A DNA stretch of 64,000 bases from Macrostomum lignano (taxonomy: Eukaryota), in NCBI GenBank assembly GCA_002269645.1, contig NIVC01000085.1, forward strand, positions 744,001 to 808,000. Direction: 5' to 3'. The position numbers and the translations under genes were made by a program. The notes under the pieces were generated by a model, which was not told where the DNA came from, searched no databases, and was given only the letters and a program-made list of their open reading frames with translations. Position 1 is the first letter of the stretch. Every line of letters starts with the position of its first letter. Below are positions 37,319-50,660 of this stretch, in pieces.

Positions 37319-39090
37319 AGGGAGTCTTCACAAGCGCTAATTTTCATAAGCGCTAACTCACCTACTTTGACAAGCGCTAAACTTCACAAGCGCTAAACTT
37401 TACAAGCGCTAAAGTCAATAGTTTTGAAAAAGTCAATTGAAAGTCAATAGTCAATTGAAATTCAATAGCTTTAGCACTCAGAAGCGACAAAATTTTATTG
37501 AAGTAAACCTTAGATCAGAACACATTTAATAACCATCGAAGCATAGCATTGGGGTGGGTGACAGAGATAAGGCATGCAAGATGGAATAGAGAATGAGCAA
37601 TGATGTACATAGAGTACGCAAACCCTCACCAGACAAAATCCCACCCCAAACACTGACCCCAGAGCCCACAGTCCATAGATGATCAGAGTCAGTCAGAGTC
37701 CAACACTGCCCCCCATCAAATTAGCACTTGTAGCAGACCGGACGTCTTGGTCGGAGCTCATAGGAAGGCCCACCAGCATTCGCGCTGTCATTCTGAACCG
37801 TCGGCTCGTCAGCTGATTCCGGAACGACCATCTTGGGCGTACCAGCTGGGGGCTGCAGATGCTCAGGCTCGCCAGTGCTGTCATCCTCCTGATTCTCTGG
37901 ACGGTCGCTCCATTGGTTGCGGTGGGCCAGACGCAGTCCTCCACACGGCAAATCAGTTGGTGTCTCCAGAGCAGTATTTTGGCCATGCTGAACCACGAAC
38001 TTGGCCTTGACGGGTCCGGTCTCTGGGCGCATCCGAAGCCAGATGGCATCTCCGACTTGTTCAGGCATTGATAGAGAATGACGCAGCCTCCTCCCCCACA
38101 TCACGATGTCCGGTGACGCTGGTCTAGATCCACTCGGCCGGCCAGTCCTCACGGTCAGGAGCAGCTTCTGCAGAAATCGTTGAAATGGGACAACTCGGTT
38201 CCAGGTTCTCAGGCCGTCCTTCAGGCTCCTTACGAGCTTTTGAGCCTGTCCGTTTTATGCCGCGTGGTATGGTAGAGTGTGGACCTCCCTGCAGCCGATT
38301 TGAGTTTAGCCACTGAGACAGTCGGGTCGATTTAAACTCAGGTGCGTTGTCGGATACCAAGGTTTGCGGCACACCGTTGCGAGCAAAGACAGCTCTCAGG
38401 ACTCTCATGACAGTGTCCGTTGACTTGTCCGGAACCGGAATGGCTTCAGGCCAGCCTGAGTAAGCGTCCGACAGTAGCAGCAGCAGGCCGACTCCCGAGA
38501 CTTCGCAGTGGTCCATGTGGACGCGGCTCCATGGAGTTGTCTCCGGTTTGACAAAATCCCACCCCAAACACTGACCCCAGAGCCCACAGTCCATAGATGA
38601 TCAGAGTCAGTCAGAGTCCAACACTTCACAACCGCTAAAACACAAATGTCGGCCACTTTCACAAGCGCTAAACTTCACGTAACGTTTCGCATTTTCAAAG
38701 TAGACAGTGAAATTATTATAGTATATTAACATTTTAGCGCTTGTAAAAGAAGCCGACATTCGTGTTTTGAGGATTGTAAAGGTTAGCGTTTGTGAAGTTT
38801 AGCGCTTGTGAAGTTTAGCGCTTGTGAAGTTTAGCGTTTGTGAAGTTTAGCGCTTGTGAAGTTTAGCGTTTGTGAAGTTTAGCGCTTGTGAAGTTTAGCG
38901 CTTGTGAAGTTTAGCGCTTGTGAAGTTTAGCGTTTGTGAAGTTTAGCGCTTGTGAAGTTTAGCGTTTGTGAAGTTTAGCGCTTGTGAAGTTTAGCGCTTG
39001 TGAAGTTTAGCATTTGTGAAGTTTAGCGCCTGTGAAAGTAGGCGGCAAATTTTTAACTATTATAAAGTTTAGCGCTTGTGAAAGCGACCC
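37319..39090. mobile_element. Non-autonomous TIR element with 16-bp subterminal repeats (TTCACAAGCGCTAAAC), hosting a nested Gypsy remnant
   Basis: Repeats lie in opposite orientation at the two ends (37327-37415, and 38783-39030 with about 15 units). A perfect 8-bp TSD CTTCTGTA is at 37311-37318 and 39091-39098. Confidence 0.8.
37499..38623 (-). mobile_element. Internally deleted Gypsy LTR retrotransposon (integrase core, PPT, 3' LTR)
   Basis: Integrase motifs PWSRVHMD, DAYSGWPEA, VFARNGVPQTLVSDNAPEF. The polypurine tract GGGGGGCAG is directly followed by TGTTGG at 37705. The first ~72 bp of the LTR are repeated at 38623-38552 and joined straight to the integrase. Confidence 0.88.
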
Positions 39091-39891
39091 CTTCTGTATA
39101 CTACTGTAAATGTTTACATTACATTTACATAGAGATCGAGTTCTCTGGAGTTTATCACACTATGCTCGAAGATAGAGGAAAATCAAGCAAGTTAAGAAGA
39201 GGGCTGCGATGAAAAATATCACCTCGGTAACAGAGAAACAGTTCTGTAGGAAAAAGGATGGAAGGAAGGCCGGAAATCTGCACGTAGACGCAGGGCCAGA
39301 TACCCTGTGACCGAAATCCCGCCAAAACAGAGGAGCCACCGGCGCTCAGAAAAAAATGAACAATGCCCGCACCCTGGCTTACAAATCTAATTTTAGGCGG
39401 GACAATAAGCTATTTGTTTTAAATAAGCTCGTAGATTTTCTAAATTTCTTCACTCAGACAGCTACATGCATTTACGACTTTTTTAAGTGCACCAAACGCT
39501 TCTCTTGAGCAAATCCGTTTAGGGAATAAAATCAGATATTTATACCGCCTCTATTCTGCTTCTCTGCACATACGGAATCGAATTTTTTAAGCTTTACCAA
39601 TGCGAAGAGTTGCAGTTTTTGCTTAAAAAAGCTGAACGATTCCAAGCCGTCTAGTGAAACATCAAGCGGAAGTGTCACTATAGTTTTGAATGCATGTGGC
39701 ACAAAACAAAAATGTTAAGCAACGGATGCTTGAGTCAATAGTTTGTTTTTTCTGCAGTAGACTGAGTAGAATAATGAATAGTTCAAAGTCCTAAATTTTA
39801 TTTGTCTCAGAACGAGGCATTGATGCGCCAAAACCAGGTCGTTACAGTTCAATTGAGTCTATGCTCAGCTTATCAGCTGCACCGCTCGAAC

Positions 39892-39988
39892 TCAGCCACG
39901 CACGAACAGAGTCCACTCGGGCCCGCTCAGGTGGCCAGGCGGGTACACGAACTCCAGCAGGTGGCAGGCGAGCTCCTGTCGGGAGAAA
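39892..39988 (-). pseudogene. WSC-PAN relic F (3' end only; gene body deleted)
   Basis: The PAN 3' end abuts the promoter block (GTGACCGATTCAGATGG at about 40001), which in the paralogous copy J lies about 700 bp away. Confidence 0.75.
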
Positions 39989-41443
39989 AGAGAAAAAAAA
40001 GTGACCGATTCAGATGGCAACGCTGTTTGACCAATCGGCGGTGTTTTGCAGAAGCGTGTCGCCCTCCATTGGGCTGTTGGGGATTTCTGATTTCCTACTC
40101 AAATAGGTCGTACTTTAAGGGCATTTCAAGCTATCCAAAAAGACAATTAACAGAAATACACAGGGCCTAATTTTCCCAGGTCCCGCAAACAACGGTGTGG
40201 CGAACTATCCGTGCAGGATGAGTCTGGCTTGGCCTCTACCTTAGCCAGTGATGCTCTCATCTGCCTCTATTTGGTGAAATGATAGTTCAAGCGACCTTGA
40301 CTCCTATTTTGCACATTGCAAGGCGCACTTACTCGTGCCGTTGGTGTTAAGGCAGGCCTCCTGGGTCTTGTCAAGCTTATTCCTTGGCGACGTAGGAGAT
40401 CCTAGTGAGACCATAAACTCACCTCTAAGGTCCCAGTGTAACTCCGTGCCAATGGAAGCTTTACCATGCAGGGAGTAGTCTGGTAGTTCCCCCATGAGCC
40501 CCTGTATCCCACGGTATTTTCTCTTTAAGGATGCAGCCTTGTGGCTCTGTGCATGTGTTCTCCAAGAAGTCACACCTTCATTGTCACTTTAATCTAATGA
40601 TTTCTATCCGAAGGTTAGATTACTAGAGCGTGCTTAAAGCAAAAAAACAGAACAACCCCTGGTTAACTGACTATTTACTGGCGGTTACAATTTTCTCAAA
40701 AGCGGATTTCTCAAAAAGTGTGGTTGCTCGTACGAGCGTACATGTATGCTCAAGAAGCCACATTGGCTTGTAGTGTAGTTGAAGTGCTCGCCGACTGAAA
40801 TTGCCGATGCTGCTCATTCCAGTGAGTTTTCTCAAAGGTCTCTACCTCCATTGTCCACAAAGAGGCTTGCCGGCAACGCAAGCAATTAGGACAATACAGT
40901 AGTTTTCTAGGATTGAAGAATAGTGTAGTACGTTTTTCACAGAAAATTTTGTAGGACGTATTTTGCGCATCGTGCGCTCAGTGTAGTGCTTATAGTAGCA
41001 TTTCTAACATTTAAAAGCATCGTTTAACTTTCTTGGTAAAAATATCAAGACATTCGATCATCAGACAGAAGCCTACAAAGCTTAACAGACAGCAACCAAA
41101 AAGTGACGTCAATGTAGACGATAAATTCTACGAGTAGACTAATGACAAATGTAGAAAAATAATTTGAATCGTAAAATGTCTTCTTACATACAGTGTAGTC
41201 CGAAAAATAATTAGCCATAAAAGAAACGTTTGACTATGGCTGACTGATAAAGGCGAAACACTCTGTCTGACTGAGCGAGGTTTTATCCTCCCCCCAATTT
41301 TAGTGTGTAACAGTTGACACGGATACGTACGCAGTCACGCAAAATTGGAGAGCTGAGTGTGCAATAGATCTGCTTTTCTTTATACGCTCCTATTTCACAG
41401 ATCACATTCTCCGTTTTTTAACTTCACCCCCCAGAGCCGTTTA

Positions 41444-41727
41444 CACTGTGAGTGCAAAACATCCGCACAACATCCGTAAGAAATAACGTAGAAAGTAGAA
41501 AGAACGTAGAAATACGGATATTAGAAATACGGATGTTGCGGATGTTGGTTACAAAAACGTCCGCATTTTTTTGTTAAAAAAGGAGCAAAATCGGTTTAAA
41601 ACGACTTAGACGTTAATACAGATGTTTTAATACGGATATTGTAGTAATATCCGTATATAGCCACGCTGCGGATGTTCAATACGGATGTTCGGCGGACGTT
41701 TTTTTCGGATTTTTTGGCACCACAGTG
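41444..41727. mobile_element. MITE with CACTGTG termini flanked by TA
   Basis: TA-CACTGTGAGTGCAAAA ... TTTTGGCACCACAGTG-TA, with internal inverted ATCCG/CGGAT repeats. Absent from the paralogous sites at about 48900 and 56470. Confidence 0.7.
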
Positions 41728-42600
41728 TATACAAGCGTATAACAAAAAGTTCGTCTGTTATTGCCGACGGCGTGTCGTTTTCCGTGATTTTACAAAGTGA
41801 TAAAAATATTATTTTAAGCTTTATTTACTTACCCGAGAATTATAGGGTTGCTGCAGAGTTAAGTTTTTCATTAAATCCGGTTTTAACCATTCTCCGAGTT
41901 GTTTTACTCTTTCAATTATATCCACCTATAAACCAGGGGTCGGCAAACTCCGGCACGAGCCTCTCTATCCGGCCCTCCGGTCCGCTGAAACTTCACTATG
42001 GCAATCCGGCCCTCTCAATTCTTTACCCTAAATTCTTTTTAAAGGGTAAACCCGCTTGGCGAAAACTTCCAGTCTAAAGCAGTGAATGAGTTGCAGTTTT
42101 TGTCAGACAAAGAACTGAAAAGAACTGTGAGCTATGGGTTAAATAACTCATGGTGGCTGTGCAGTATCTGCGAGCCTTGTCTCATATCCGTCGGTGTATC
42201 CTAACCCTAAGCTATGGCGGAGTCTTTTGAACTCGTACATCCTATTCTGATGGAGAAAAGAGCCTGGCAACAAAAAAGGTCGCACTAAAAAGCCATAAAA
42301 ATTTCATGGCTTCATATTCGCTGCGACGAGTTTTTCAATTGCAAGCAAACGATCCTCCTATTCATGACAGACTCGCTGCTTCGGTTGAATGCTCTCTATA
42401 TAACTAAGTTGACTATTCATGCAAAGCTCTCATTTAATTCAATGCGCACGAAAACAGTAAATTCAATTGTCCTGCCAGCCAAGTTTCTGCGGATATACAA
42501 ATGCAAAAATCTCTCAGGCTTATAAAATAGTGTTGCTTCGTGTGCCATGAAATACACAAATTTCCACGTCTCGTTCGAGTCTCATTGCTAAAGCTAGACG

Positions 42601-43574
42601 ATGCAAACCTTTACGTTGGTCTTCGGCATCCCCGTTTTGCTTCTAGCCGCCTCACAGCAGGTGGACTGCGTGTTCTGTCCACCAGGATGGCTGTTGACAG
42701 CCTCGCGCAGACTGTGCATCGGGACTCCGTCGTTTCAAGCCATTGAAGGCATCCCGGCAGCTGCGGCCGCTGATTCCTGCGGCAGAGCTGTCAGGCAGGC
42801 TGGTCTGGCGAGCTCAGCAGCCGACCCGGATGTTCTTCGGTTGGGTCAGAAGCTAGCGAAGGGACGGCGACTGTGGGTTTCCGGCTGTGCGAAGGTTCCG
42901 ATCGAATGGAATGGGTAAGGCTGCTGTCTAGTGCTTTTTCGGGGGTTCAGTATTTAGCACGACTGTGCAGTCTCTCACGGCTCATCAGGGGTTCGATTCC
43001 CGTGTGAGCGCTAGCTGGTCTAATAAGTTTAAGTCTCGTTGCACGAAAAGGTGACCCTGGGGCTTGTCATACTATCAATGAACATGAGGGCCAACCACCC
43101 CAGGCACAGAGCGGGTCAGGGTTGCTGCACACAGTACGGAAAGCCCACCTGGAGACCCGATTACTATATACTTTCTCCATCGGTTTTTCTGTGGAACGCT
43201 TCTGAGGGTCACAAGAGTTAACCTTATGCGTACCTTTATTGATTAAGTAAACGAATCTAAGCCGTATAACTTTTCTGAAATGTTGAAATGTTGCATGCAG
43301 AGAAAGTCGTCAGTGCTGTGCAGTCAATCCCGCTGATGGAAACATCGTGCCAACAGCTTGTTCAGAGATGCTTCTTCCTTTGTGCTTCGCGCCCCCCTTG
43401 CTAAGTCGGCAGAAGCGCCAAGAGTCAGGCAGTTCTTTTTTAGGAACGGTTATGGGTGGGATTTTCGGAGTTATTGCAACGATAATTGTTTTTGCGCTTC
43501 TGATCTGGTTCTTCTGCAAAGTCTGCACAAGTAATATCGTTATTCCAGAGTCTCAGCCTGACATTGAGGACTAA
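42601..43574 (+). CDS. CTLD-like type I membrane protein G4 (near-identical to G2 in exon 2)
   Basis: Exons 42601-42914 and 43301-43574 give 588 nt (196 codons). Confidence 0.8.
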
Positions 43575-46500
43575 TTCTAGCTAGACTGTACACGTATACA
43601 TGTATTGATACACTCAAACTTTATATATATCTGTAAAACAAAAAACCTTTGGCGCCACTACAAAGTGATAGGACGCGCACTGTGTGCACATACTAGTAAT
43701 TACCGTATTTTTGCATATACGTGTAAATTAGATTTTGTAAATCTATCAATTATTGTAATAGTGAATTTTGAACTCTGTACAAGGACAACTAAAGCAGCCT
43801 ATATTATACAGGACGCGACACTCGCATTTCATGGGGAAAAGTTTTGAAGGCCACTTTAGATAAATATTTAGCTGGATACTACCGCTTTGAAATTAACATT
43901 TATTTATACTGTTTACAGATTCTACACGGCTAATCGAACCCTTTAAAGAGTTAAAAATGGAGTTTAAGGCGCGTAATTAGTTTTAGATAGTAAGGCATAC
44001 CTTGGTGAAAAAATGGGTTGCGTTAAGAAAAGTGAAATTAAATTTTTTATGAGAATAAATTTCGAAGGTCTCAGAGAAAAAAAGACATTTCCACGCGCAT
44101 CCATTCAAAAGTGACATTGTTTGGAAAAGTGGCCTATAAAACATTTTCCATAGATTCTAGATTCCATAGACATTTTCAAATACGGCTCGCATGTGACCCA
44201 TTCAGATGGCAACGCTGTTTGACCAATCGGCGGTGTTTTGTGTCGCCCTCCATATGGGCAGTTTGGGATTTCTAACATTGTACCCAAATTGCCTATTTCA
44301 AGTTTTGCGTCCTTCTACTAATAGTAGTCCTTGACTCTGTAACAAATTTAATTCAAATTTCTCCTACTACTCGTACAGTTTTTGAAAGTTCTAATTAGTA
44401 AACTTCAACGCGTCTGCTTTTTAAATAAACTGTATCCTAGTGCTTAAGCAACTTTATTGCGCGTTAGTTTGCCCTTTCTAGTCATTTTCAAAGCAAAAAG
44501 TAGATTCTTTTCGAAATACTGCAAACTATCATGAAATAAAAAGTGTAAACGCTTCTACATATGTATTTTGTCACCAAGGAAAATTGATAAAATGAAAATT
44601 CACACTCGATGCAGTGTAAATGTTTTGAAACTGTACCTCGAGCCGGTTTCGGATTTTGTAAATGAATGGAGAGCGGCTGATGAGAGAGGAAGTATGAAGC
44701 GAGCGATTTTGGCGTTTACGGAACAATTAGTTCTGTGCTCTGTTGAGGTTTTAAAATTTACGGCTATTTGAAAATACTGAACGTAAACTGTACATATTAC
44801 TTACTAATGACTGTAATGACTCCCAAGGTAATGAGGAAGCCACGCAAGTATTCATGCAAATACTTAGCCCCCGAGAAGGTGTTTTTAGTCGTGCCTTTTT
44901 AAATCAAGGCCAGAATTAGGTGACGTGATCCTTCGCGGTCTGATCCTCTCCTACATACATGTACATGTATGCCGCAGGGAAAGACAGATGGGAGGGATCA
45001 AACCACTGCACTTTGAGACAAGAAGATGTCTCTGGAAGAATCTAATGCCAGTTTAGACCCAACAAGGACTAAATATATAGTGGCCGGGTCTTTGTTTTGG
45101 ACCTTTCATATCTCCCTAATTGAAAGGAAGAAAGAAAATAAATGGAACGAAGGAATTAGAACGAAAGGAAAGAAATGAATTTGAAAGGGACAATGTTTTG
45201 TTATTATAGTCAACCAACACAACAGCTTCTTGTATATATTGTACTTGAACACAAACGATAAAAATTATCGTAAAGTAAAATCACATTAGATACTCGTAAA
45301 AAATGTTAATTAATCAGCCTGGCACTCGAAAAGAGGATTGTCTTCTTATCATCTGCAAGAATATATCACAAGATTAAAACCACACTTAAAATTCGACAGA
45401 AGTCTCGAATTTGGATTTAAGGATTTAAAAAATTTCGGTTTTAGCTAAAAGGCTTGTCTTAACAAAAATAACTATAGTTTAAAAAGCTTTGGGGAAAAAT
45501 TTGTTAGGAGTGTAAAGCACTTACAATATTTTTTAAAAGTCTTATTTATCTGTATTAGATAGTTTTGATGGGTTTCGGCTTTTTCGGCCCCTTTCGGGAA
45601 GCCTTCGGGCTTCAGGTCTCAGAAATAAATCAATTAGAGTCCTGGCCCCCCACTCCTGTCAGATGGTCAGCCCCATGGTAGCTTGATCGTGTGGCGAGCA
45701 GTCTAGGTCCTATAGCTAAGAGAGGGACAGCGAGAGACAAGCAGGGAGAATTTTGAAGGTAGAGATCAGCTAATCCGCAAATTAACTAACCCGCTTCCAC
45801 CAGCCCGTGTGTCCTGGCTCACCAAACCAGGGCTCTCGAAATCGGGCTTCCGACTAGAGGGGGCTTAGCACTTACCAGCCAACTAGTGTCTTTTTGCTGT
45901 CAATCTCGAAGTCATAGCCGATGATAAGGGACACTGCTGGGACTAGATCGCATTGGCCATGCAGGTACAGAGGGGACTTGTGCAGGGGATTCTTGCAGTG
46001 GCGAGTCTATTGGGTAGCTACATGTACTATTACATTGCTAAATACGAAGATATGTACTTTTGGCCTTCAACGCGCCAACTAGCATCTCATAGCGCTGATG
46101 ATAGGCTAACTCGAACCTCAGAGACCGCATGATTCATCACCCGAGCCGCTTGGCTAACCTAGAGTGCACAGAGTACATCTCTGGAGCCGATTCTGCACTA
46201 TTGGCAATTTTGCTAACTGATTTGATAGATTGATCAACTGAGAACTGCCTTGCCATTGGTCCACTGTGACCGGCGCCTACTAGCTTAGCTACTCATCTGA
46301 GCCATCGGCGAACACAAAAATAAAACCGATAAAAATAACTGTCAGATTTAACCCTCTCACTGATTCACTTCACACCTCAGATTGAATTGGAGTTTCAGAC
46401 TACTAACACTATTATTGAATGATTTCTGCCTCAGCAACAGCACTACTGAACAAAATTAGCAAAAGTGTGCGCCTAATCCAGCTACTGAAACAGGGGACAG

Positions 46501-46659
46501 AAAAGGGATCACCCAATCAAGCAAGTCTAGGTAGCCTCTCACCCAGCCAATCAGAAACTCAACAGCCGGAGACCAGGTAATCCACAGTGACCGAATCGGC
46601 TTAGTGCTTCGCAGCTGTAGACCCGGGATGATGCTAATGTCACAATCTTCGCAGAAAGC

Positions 46660-46960
46660 TAGCAGGTGATGATCTTTAACCTTGATGTTCGCTGCTGACG
46701 ACCGGGGGGATTCGTCCTTGATGATGACGGGGGAGTCGCGATCCGGGGATCAAGAGACGACGGTCGCGTGTAGCAGCCGGGTGTCTGGTGACAGGTGACC
46801 GGCCAAGTTGAAGTCCGAGCGGGCCAAAAACGCCGGTTTATATAGCCGCCGACTGGACTGCAATTTGTTATAATGAAACACTTTGACGCTGATTGGCTGA
46901 GCCGATTTGTCATAACGCACGTCGAATTTTCTGATTGGCTGAGCTTGTTGCCACCCAAAC
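46660..46960 (-). promoter_or_regulatory. Orphan promoter-like cassette (CCAAT x2, TATATAAA, downstream donor-like site)
   Basis: On the minus strand: CAGCCAATCAG at about 46940 and 46897, TATATAAA at 46844-46837, a GC-rich leader, then AAG/GTTAAA at about 46680. No matching CDS was recognised. Confidence 0.4.
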
Positions 46961-48109
46961 TCACGTGACCAGAAGATCCTATCAGTTCCCTCGGGGCCAT
47001 AAAAATACGCGAGGTGCAGTCATAAATCACTCAAAATCACTACACAATGATTTATGACCTTTCGCGTAGGAATGACAAAATTTATGAAAAAATACATTAA
47101 AAAGATTTTATTAAGTAGAAAGTGAAGATGGTGAAGAGAATTCACTAATCGCTAATCCCAAAGTACTTTTAGGAGTAAGACGCATAGCTGTCAAAGCTGT
47201 CACACGCTTGAGAGAACACGATCAATAGTCTCTGACCTCACAAATCTGATGGCCTGTCAAAAATGATGAGAAAAAAGCTACCGCCCGCATCCTCTCAGAC
47301 CATCTGGCGCCAGCCTCAGCATTGATTGAGGCGCAGGTGGCTGTCAGACCAGCTCAAAAGCAATGATTTATGACCCCAAAAGTAGCAAAAACTGCACCTA
47401 TGCTATTATAACTACAAGTATGGCAGATTCATATGGCTACAAAAGTCCTACTAGTATGAATTCTAGGAAAATTACATAGAAACGAGAAAAATGCCCATAA
47501 CCTGCTGTTAGTAGGCTAGCAAGTTTGGAGCCCATGTGCGAGCGTGAAATTTGGGAAAAAGTGCGTCCTCATCAGTTTAATTATCATTGTAAATTACCTA
47601 CTTGTCGAAACAATTTTCATAACATTTTCACACAACGCTAACACTTTCAAATATTGTAACTCGTATTCATACACCATTTAAAAGTCCAACCTTAAAATCC
47701 AACCTTTGAACGAGTATTAGCTCGCAAATACATCGATTTATATTGGCCAAACGCCAAACTTACTACTACTACAGTACTAGCTCGTAGTAAATTCAAGCAA
47801 GTGGCCGACACTGACTCAATTCAGTGTTGAAGCGTGCCCATTTTGTCTTTTATCAAGCTGTCTTAATAGCATGGACATGAAAGTGAAGCATATTTATACT
47901 TATACCAATTTTTTTGGTAGATACGCTCGTATTTACTTCGATTTATTATCATTACTTATTTACTTTCATTTATCTTACGCTCGTATGGCGTTATGTTGCG
48001 CAAAATGGAGAGCTTGCGTGCACAGCAGCCATCCACCTAGTGCTTTATTTGCGTGCATGGAAGCCGGCTATTAGCCGCAGTATAGGCCTAGCTAGTGAAC
48101 TGGACCCTT

Positions 48110-48190
48110 TCCTTCAAGTCCATGCTCAGCTCACCAAATGAGCCAGTCGGTCACCGCACCGCTCGAGCTCAGCCACGCACGAACAGAGTC
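48110..48190 (-). pseudogene. WSC-PAN relic G (last codons and 3' UTR start)
   Basis: TLFVRG-stop and the downstream GCTCGAGCGGTGCGGTGACCGACTGGCTC sequence are shared with the intact copies. Confidence 0.7.
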
Positions 48191-48499
48191 TCATCGGGGA
48201 GGTGACCCGTGGTCGCGAACTCGTGCTCGTGCGCCATGCAGTAGATTGAGGCATTTGAGGAACTCCCCAAACTCCTGAATCCTGAATCCCAATGCGAAAT
48301 ACTAATAAGGTGAAAAATGGAATTGCATCTAGTGTCTTTAATGAAGAAGCGAAATTCGATTGCTGTCGCTCCCACTATCAGCTCCTACCAGAGATCTGTA
48401 GGAGGTGCTACAGAAGCACTGCTGACTGAGCTGTATACTACGGGAAGCTGCTCAGAGAGCAGACCCTGCTCACTCTAGTGAGTCCTCCCATAGGCCAAG

Positions 48500-48884
48500 A
48501 ATCCGCCCCCGGAATCCGCCCCCGGAATCCGCCCCCGGAATCCGCCCCCGGAATCCGCCCCCGGAATCCGCCCCCGGAATCCGCCCCCGGAATCCGCCCC
48601 CGGAATCCGCCCCCGGAATCCGCCCCCGGAATCCGCCCCCGGAATCCGCCCCCGGAATCCGCCCCCGGAATCCGCCCCCGGAATCCGCCCCCGGAATCCG
48701 CCCCCGGAATCCGCCCCCGGAATCCGCCCCCGGAATCCGCCCCCGGAATCCGCCCCCGGAATCCGCCCCCGGAATCCGCCCCCGGAATCCGCCCCCGGAA
48801 TCCGCCCCCGGAATCCGCCCCCGGAATCCGCCCCCGGAATCCGCCCCCGGAATCCGCCCCCGGAATCCGCCCCCGGAATCCGCC
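48500..48884. repeat. 13-bp perfect minisatellite (GGAATCCGCCCCC), about 29 units
   Basis: Read directly from the sequence. It explains the 13-aa-periodic ORFs on both strands. Confidence 0.97.
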
Positions 48885-49714
48885 ATCACAATCTGCTCCC
48901 AGAACCGTAAGCTTACAAAATAATATCGTCTGTTAATGAAGAATTATTATCCGTGATTTACAGTGATAAAAATATTATTTTAAACTTCATTCACTTACAC
49001 GAGAATGCAACTGCAGAGTTAAGTTTTTCATAATTCCCAGTTTTAACCAGTTTCCAAGTGGTTTTATTCTTTCAATTTTATCCACCTATACACCAGGGGT
49101 CGGCAAACTCCGTCACAGAGCCTCTCTATCCGGCCTTTGGGTCTTCTAGAAACTTTACAATGGCAATCGGGCCCTCTTTTTTCTTCGAGCACCCCATGCA
49201 GATTCTTTTTCTTGACGCTTGCCGAAAGCTTCCAGTCCAGAGCAGTGAAGGGGTTGCAGGTTTGTCAGACGAACGAACTGTGAGCTATGGGTTTAATAAC
49301 TCATGGGTGGCTTTGCAGTGTCTGCGAGCCTTGTCTAATATTCCTTCGGTGTATCCTAACCCTTGCAATCTAATGGCGGAATCTTTTGAATGCGTGCTCC
49401 ATCTATTCGTGGAAATAAATGAAGCTTGCACTAAAGTCATAAAATTTGCATATTCGTTGCGATGTGGTTCTATCGTAAGCAAACGAGCAGGCGCTGCTTC
49501 GGTTGAATGCTCACTGGACTATTCAAAGCTCTCATTTAATTCAATGCGCACAAAAACAGTCAATTCAATTCTCCTGCCAGCCAAGTTTTCGCGGATATAG
49601 AGTATATAATAAGATGCGAAAATCTCACAAACTCATAAGGTTTGCTTTGTGAGTCATAAAAAACAGACAAATTTCCACGTCTCATTCGAGTCTCACTGCT
49701 AAAGCTAGTAGACG

Positions 49715-50660
49715 ATGCAAACTTTTACGCTGGTCTTCGGCATCAGCGCTTTGCTTCTAGCCGCCTCACAGCAGGTGGACTGCGTATTCTGTCCGCCAGG
49801 ATGGCTGTTAACAACCTCACGCGGACTGTGCATCGGGACTCCGTCATTTCAAGCCGCTGCAGGCATCCGGGCAGCTGCGGCCGCTGATTCCTGCGGCAGA
49901 GCCGTCAGGCAGGCTGGTCTGGCGAGCACAGCAGCCGACCCGGATGTGCTTCGGTTGGGGCAGAAACTGGCGAAGGGACGGCGGCTGTGGGTTTCCGGCT
50001 GTGCGAAGGCTTCGATCGAACGGAATGAGTAAGGCTGCTGTCTAGTTCTGTTTTCGGGGATTCAGCATTTAGCACGGGCCAACCACCCCAGGCACAGCGG
50101 GTCAGGGTCCCGCTGACGAAAGCTCCCCTAGAAACTGGATTAAGATTGCTATATAGTTTATCCATCGGTTTCTACAGGAAGCTTCGACAATAAACTCTCA
50201 AGAGAGTGAACCTTATTTACATGTAACTTTATTGATCGAATATACGAATCTAAACCGTACAACTTCTCCACAATGTCGCAATTGTTGCAGTGAAAGTCGT
50301 CAGTGCTGTGCAGTCAATCCCGTTGATGGAAAAATCACGCCAACAGCTTGTTCAAAGCTGCTCCCTCCTCTGTGCTCCGCGCCTCCCTTGCTGAGTCGGC
50401 AGAAGCGCCAATACTCTTACTACTACTACTACTTATACTCCACAACAGTGCCTTCATCATACTACTCAAGCAGTTCTTATGTAGGAACGGTTCTAGGTGT
50501 GATTTTTGGAGTTATAGTACCGATAGTGATTGTTGTGCTTGTGATCTGGTGCTGCTGCAATTGCTGCAAAAGCAAGACGGTTGTCGTAAATCCAGTGCCT
50601 CAGCCCCAGCCTATGGGTATGGGGGTGAACATTGTGAATGTTCAGAATATGCAGCATTGA
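49715..50660 (+). CDS. CTLD-like type I membrane protein G5
   Basis: Exons 49715-50028 and 50291-50660 give 684 nt (228 codons). After RQKR it reads QYSYYYYYLYSTTVPSSYYSSSSY-TM-WCCCNCCK-Pro/Gln tail. Confidence 0.8.

Noticed and set aside
40304-40573. ORF conserved with 55178-55420
   Set aside because: The paralogs differ by frameshifts and stops and no domain is recognisable. The similarity is explained by the segmental duplication.
48470-48936. Pro-rich and Gly-rich repeat ORFs (ESAPGIRPRNPPP / GGGFRGRIPGADS)
   Set aside because: A perfect 13-bp repeat is stop-free in all frames, and there is no splice or flanking coding evidence.
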